Shown here one piece after another: positions 61,019 to 64,000 of a stretch of DNA of 64,000 bases. The position numbers and the translations under genes were made by a program. Within the stretch, counting starts at the first letter, position 1; every line of letters starts with the position of its first letter. Source of the DNA: an uncultured Alphaproteobacteria bacterium (lineage in GTDB: Bacteria > Pseudomonadota > Alphaproteobacteria > Rs-D84); contig CALXXY010000001.1 in assembly GCA_944392815.1 (NCBI GenBank), positions 160,001-224,000 of the forward strand, written 5' to 3'. Under the pieces are notes generated by a model. The model searched no databases and was not told where the DNA came from. It saw nothing but the letters and a program-made list of their open reading frames with translations.

Positions 61019-62455
61019 TTAATATGATTTTGCAACATATACGTATGTTGGGTCATTATCGTCCAGGCACCGGCGCGATATTTTGTATTTTTCCATCAAT
61101 TCATCAAATTTTTCATTTGTTGTTAAATCGTATTTAATACGGAAAAATCCAATTTTACCGGCCGCCAATGCTGATTCCAGTGCGTCAATATCCGCAACAT
61201 CGTGAATCATAGTTTCATTGCGACGAACGACCGCGTCATACATATCGTGCTGGATTTGTTCCAACATATTTTTCACGTCGGCCACAAATGCGTCCGTGGA
61301 CATAGTTTGTTTTGATGATTTACCCAAATCACGACGTGTGACCGTCACATTGTTTTCGTCCATTTCACGCGCGCCAATTTCCACACGCAGTGGCACGCCG
61401 CGCTTAATCCATTTCCACATTTTATCCGGCGCGCGCATATCAGATGTATCAACCAACACACGCACGTCGATGTTTTCCAATTGTTCGCCCAATTTCTGTG
61501 CGAACGCGTTTAATGCGTCGGCCGTGTCGTCACGCGTGATTGGGATAATCACAACCTGGTACGGGGCGATGGCGGGCGGCAACACCAGCCCATCGTCGTC
61601 GGAATGCGTCATGAACAAACTGCCCATCATACGCGTGGATACGCCCCACGATGTTGTCCAGGCATGTTTTAACGCACCATCTGTATCCAAAAATTGAATA
61701 CCGAATGATTTTGAAAAATGCTGGCCCAGGTCATGTGATGTTCCGGCCTGTAAAGCTTTGCCGTCCTGCATAATGTGTTCCAGTGTATATGTGTGATCGG
61801 CACCGGCAAATCGTTCCTCGGGCGTTTTTTCACCCATGATTGACGGTATGGCCAAAATTTCGCGCATATAGTCACCATACACGCGGTGCATTTTACGCGC
61901 GTCTGCATTTGCCTCTTCATGTGTGGCGAATGCGTTGTGACCTTCCTGCCAATAAAATTCTGATGTGCGCAGGAACAGGCGTGGCCGCATTTCCCAACGC
62001 ATAACATTTACCCACTGATTCAATTTCAGCGGCAAATCGCGATACGATTGTACCCAACGCGACATTGCGTCACCGATAATTGTTTCAGACGTCGGACGAA
62101 TAACATACGGTTCCGTTAATTTTGCGTCTGGGTCGGGCTGTAATGTGCCGTCAATCATTTTCAGACGATAATGCGTGACAACGGCGGCCTCTTTGGCAAA
62201 GCCGGCGACATGTTCGGCCTCGCGATTAAAAAAATTGATTGGTATCAGTAATGGGAACTGAGCATTTTGCGCGCCACATTTTTTTATGCGTTTGTCCAAT
62301 GCATCACGCATCAATTCCCAAATGGCCCAACCATACGGCTTTATCGTCATGCACCCACGCACAGGCGCATTTTCCGCCAAATCGGCCGCAGTTATCAGGT
62401 TTTGATACCATTCGCTGAAATTTTCCGAACGGGTCGGTGTAATTGCTGTTTTCAT
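61019..62455 (-). CDS. proS: Proline--tRNA ligase, archaeal/eukaryal type (housekeeping)
   Basis: FSEWY, VRGC, EHVAGF, RPTSET, QW.NV.RWE, FLRTSEF.WQEGH, QAGTSH, SWG.STR, C-terminal AKSY. Confidence 0.95.
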   Translation of the reverse strand: MKTAITPTRSENFSEWYQNLITAADLAENAPVRGCMTIKPYGWAIWELMRDALDKRIKKCGAQNAQFPLLIPINFFNREAEHVAGFAKEAAVVTHYRLKMIDGTLQPDPDAKLTEPYVIRPTSETIIGDAMSRWVQSYRDLPLKLNQWVNVMRWEMRPRLFLRTSEFYWQEGHNAFATHEEANADARKMHRVYGDYMREILAIPSIMGEKTPEERFAGADHTYTLEHIMQDGKALQAGTSHDLGQHFSKSFGIQFLDTDGALKHAWTTSWGVSTRMMGSLFMTHSDDDGLVLPPAIAPYQVVIIPITRDDTADALNAFAQKLGEQLENIDVRVLVDTSDMRAPDKMWKWIKRGVPLRVEIGAREMDENNVTVTRRDLGKSSKQTMSTDAFVADVKNMLEQIQHDMYDAVVRRNETMIHDVADIDALESALAAGKIGFFRIKYDLTTNEKFDELMEKYKISRRCLDDNDPTYVYVAKSY

Positions 62456-62473
62456 TGTTTTTAATCTCTTTTA

Positions 62474-63301
62474 TTATTTTGCATGTTTATTTTTTAATTC
62501 CATATATTTATCAGAAACTGTTTTGTGCAGCGTTTCTGCAATCTGCTTTCTGTCCATACCCGCCAGGGGCGGTGGTGGCAACACAGTCAATTCAACCATA
62601 AATCCACCCAACATCATGATGTGAAATACCTGGCCGAATGCGCTGCGTTCACGTGAACACGCGGGACCCATATCCTGGTTTGAATTATTAAAGTATGCAA
62701 AATGTTCCGCCATGTCCGCATCGGATATCGGACTGCCGTCGCGAAAACGATAATTCATGACCAGCGGTTGTACAACCACGTCCGAATTTTCAACAAAATT
62801 GAACAAAGTGCTTTTAAATGGTTTTACATACGCGCCGTTTGTTGTGGTACCTTCGGGAAATAAAAATACAGGATACGACACAGTGTTCAATGTATCGCGA
62901 ACCTGGGCCAATGCGTCCAGCGCGTGCGATGGGCGACGGTCAATAAACACCACACCAAATTTACGCGCAACCCAGCCAACCAATGGCCATGATTCCATTT
63001 CTTTTTTGGCAATAAAACTGCCGCCCAAGGCAACTGGGAACGTTGCGATTTCGAAAATAGATATGTGATTGGATATGACCAATAACGGCCTGTGCGATGA
63101 AATTTTTCCATGCACGCGGATTTTTATTCCAGCCAACACCAACAATATCCGCATAAAAAATGACATATATTTCACCGACCATTTTGAACGCGGCAATACC
63201 AAAATTATTGGCAATTGGATTGCAACCATAATCCAAAACGCAGTGAATTTTAATACTGCACCAAACGTGTTAAAAATATTTTGCCGTCTGACGTGTGCCA
63301 T
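62474..63301 (-). CDS. Lysophospholipid/lyso-ornithine lipid acyltransferase (OlsA/PlsC family)
   Basis: SNHIS..E, FIAK.E...WP, FPEGTT; downstream of olsB. Confidence 0.85.
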   Translation of the reverse strand: MAHVRRQNIFNTFGAVLKFTAFWIMVAIQLPIILVLPRSKWSVKYMSFFMRILLVLAGIKIRVHGKISSHRPLLVISNHISIFEIATFPVALGGSFIAKKEMESWPLVGWVARKFGVVFIDRRPSHALDALAQVRDTLNTVSYPVFLFPEGTTTNGAYVKPFKSTLFNFVENSDVVVQPLVMNYRFRDGSPISDADMAEHFAYFNNSNQDMGPACSRERSAFGQVFHIMMLGGFMVELTVLPPPPLAGMDRKQIAETLHKTVSDKYMELKNKHAK

Positions 63302-64000
63302 TATTTTTCGTCCCCATCATCGTCATGTTCATCATCGATGTATTCAGCGTCGGCGGCATCTTCGCGCAGTAAAAATTCCAGAACCGAACGAACCATTTTA
63401 AACGACCCCGTCACAGGCAGCAGCATAATTTTGCCAACTGTTTTTAACGGATTGTCGCGCACGTCCAGATTTTCCAGCGCATTTTCACGCCCCAGGAAAT
63501 GTTTCTGGTATGCGGCATCAATTTTTTTGGTTTGCACCATGACAAATACATCATACGAATTGAACGGTTTATCAATAAATACGCCGCGACCAAATGTCGC
63601 CCCCAAACGTAAATAGCCCTTTATCAACGGGGTCATTTGACGGCGGGCGTCTGTTTCGTCAACAAATTCGCGCGGCAAAATATTCATGCGCGACAGTTTC
63701 GGATTAACGCCTTCGGCGAAATTTTCACTTAACACCGTGGCGCGCAATCCCAATGGCGACAAATGATTGTAATACAGGTATGAAATGGCCTGGGCAGATT
63801 CCACGGATTTTGTGCCAACCCATGACGCAACACCAAACAAAATCGCAATTTTGCGGCGCATTACAAATTCACCCAGCCCCGCCCATAACATACGCATAAC
63901 CAGCGCATTATCACGATATTCGCGTTTCACACATGCGCGCGACATTTCTGCGATATTGCCGTCGACCTTTTTAATTTTTGAAATATTAAATTCTGTTTCG
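63301..64000 (-). CDS. olsB: Ornithine acyl-ACP N-acyltransferase (OlsB), 5' end outside the window
   Basis: E.SRACV..EYR, LFGVAS, PLIKGYLRLGA......ID..FN..D. Confidence 0.8.
   Translation of the reverse strand, partial: ETEFNISKIKKVDGNIAEMSRACVKREYRDNALVMRMLWAGLGEFVMRRKIAILFGVASWVGTKSVESAQAISYLYYNHLSPLGLRATVLSENFAEGVNPKLSRMNILPREFVDETDARRQMTPLIKGYLRLGATFGRGVFIDKPFNSYDVFVMVQTKKIDAAYQKHFLGRENALENLDVRDNPLKTVGKIMLLPVTGSFKMVRSVLEFLLREDAADAEYIDDEHDDDGDEK

Overview
A 64-kb bacterial chromosome segment. Gene content (olsAB, CvpA, YccA, Opa/OmpA-like barrels) suggests a small-genome, probably anaerobic or host-associated alphaproteobacterium; this is an inference. The backbone carries housekeeping genes: class III RNR nrdD(split)/nrdG, tag/ogt, rfbB, lgt, homodimeric GlyRS, a U32 tRNA hydroxylase, ldh, archaeal/eukaryal-type ProRS and olsAB. 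Two visibly AT-richer islands interrupt it. Island 1 (~9.8-28.7 kb) abuts the 3' end of tRNA-Ser(UGA). It carries a large serine recombinase, DUF2924, a ParB-MTase/DUF5681/terminase module without capsid genes, a two-MTase + HNH restriction-modification system, a GHKL-nuclease, and a compact GT2/HAD/kinase/GT4/NUDIX/NDK/GT4/GT61 cluster. Island 2 (39.8-54.3 kb) sits in tRNA-Thr(UGU) between exact 52-bp direct repeats. It carries a tyrosine integrase, an HUH-like Rep, a C4/CI-like antisense RNA module and KAP-NTPase and DUF262+HEPN defence-like genes. Its most unusual cargo is a five-gene cassette: two extra ProRS paralogs (one near-canonical, one with a remodelled active site), a catalytic-domain-only AsnRS paralog, an MccF-like S66 peptidase and a SAM methyltransferase. 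This cassette is the best candidate for an undescribed system, possibly aminoacyl-nucleotide synthesis, detoxification or tRNA-dependent chemistry. All product calls come from motif recognition by eye; no database searches were run.
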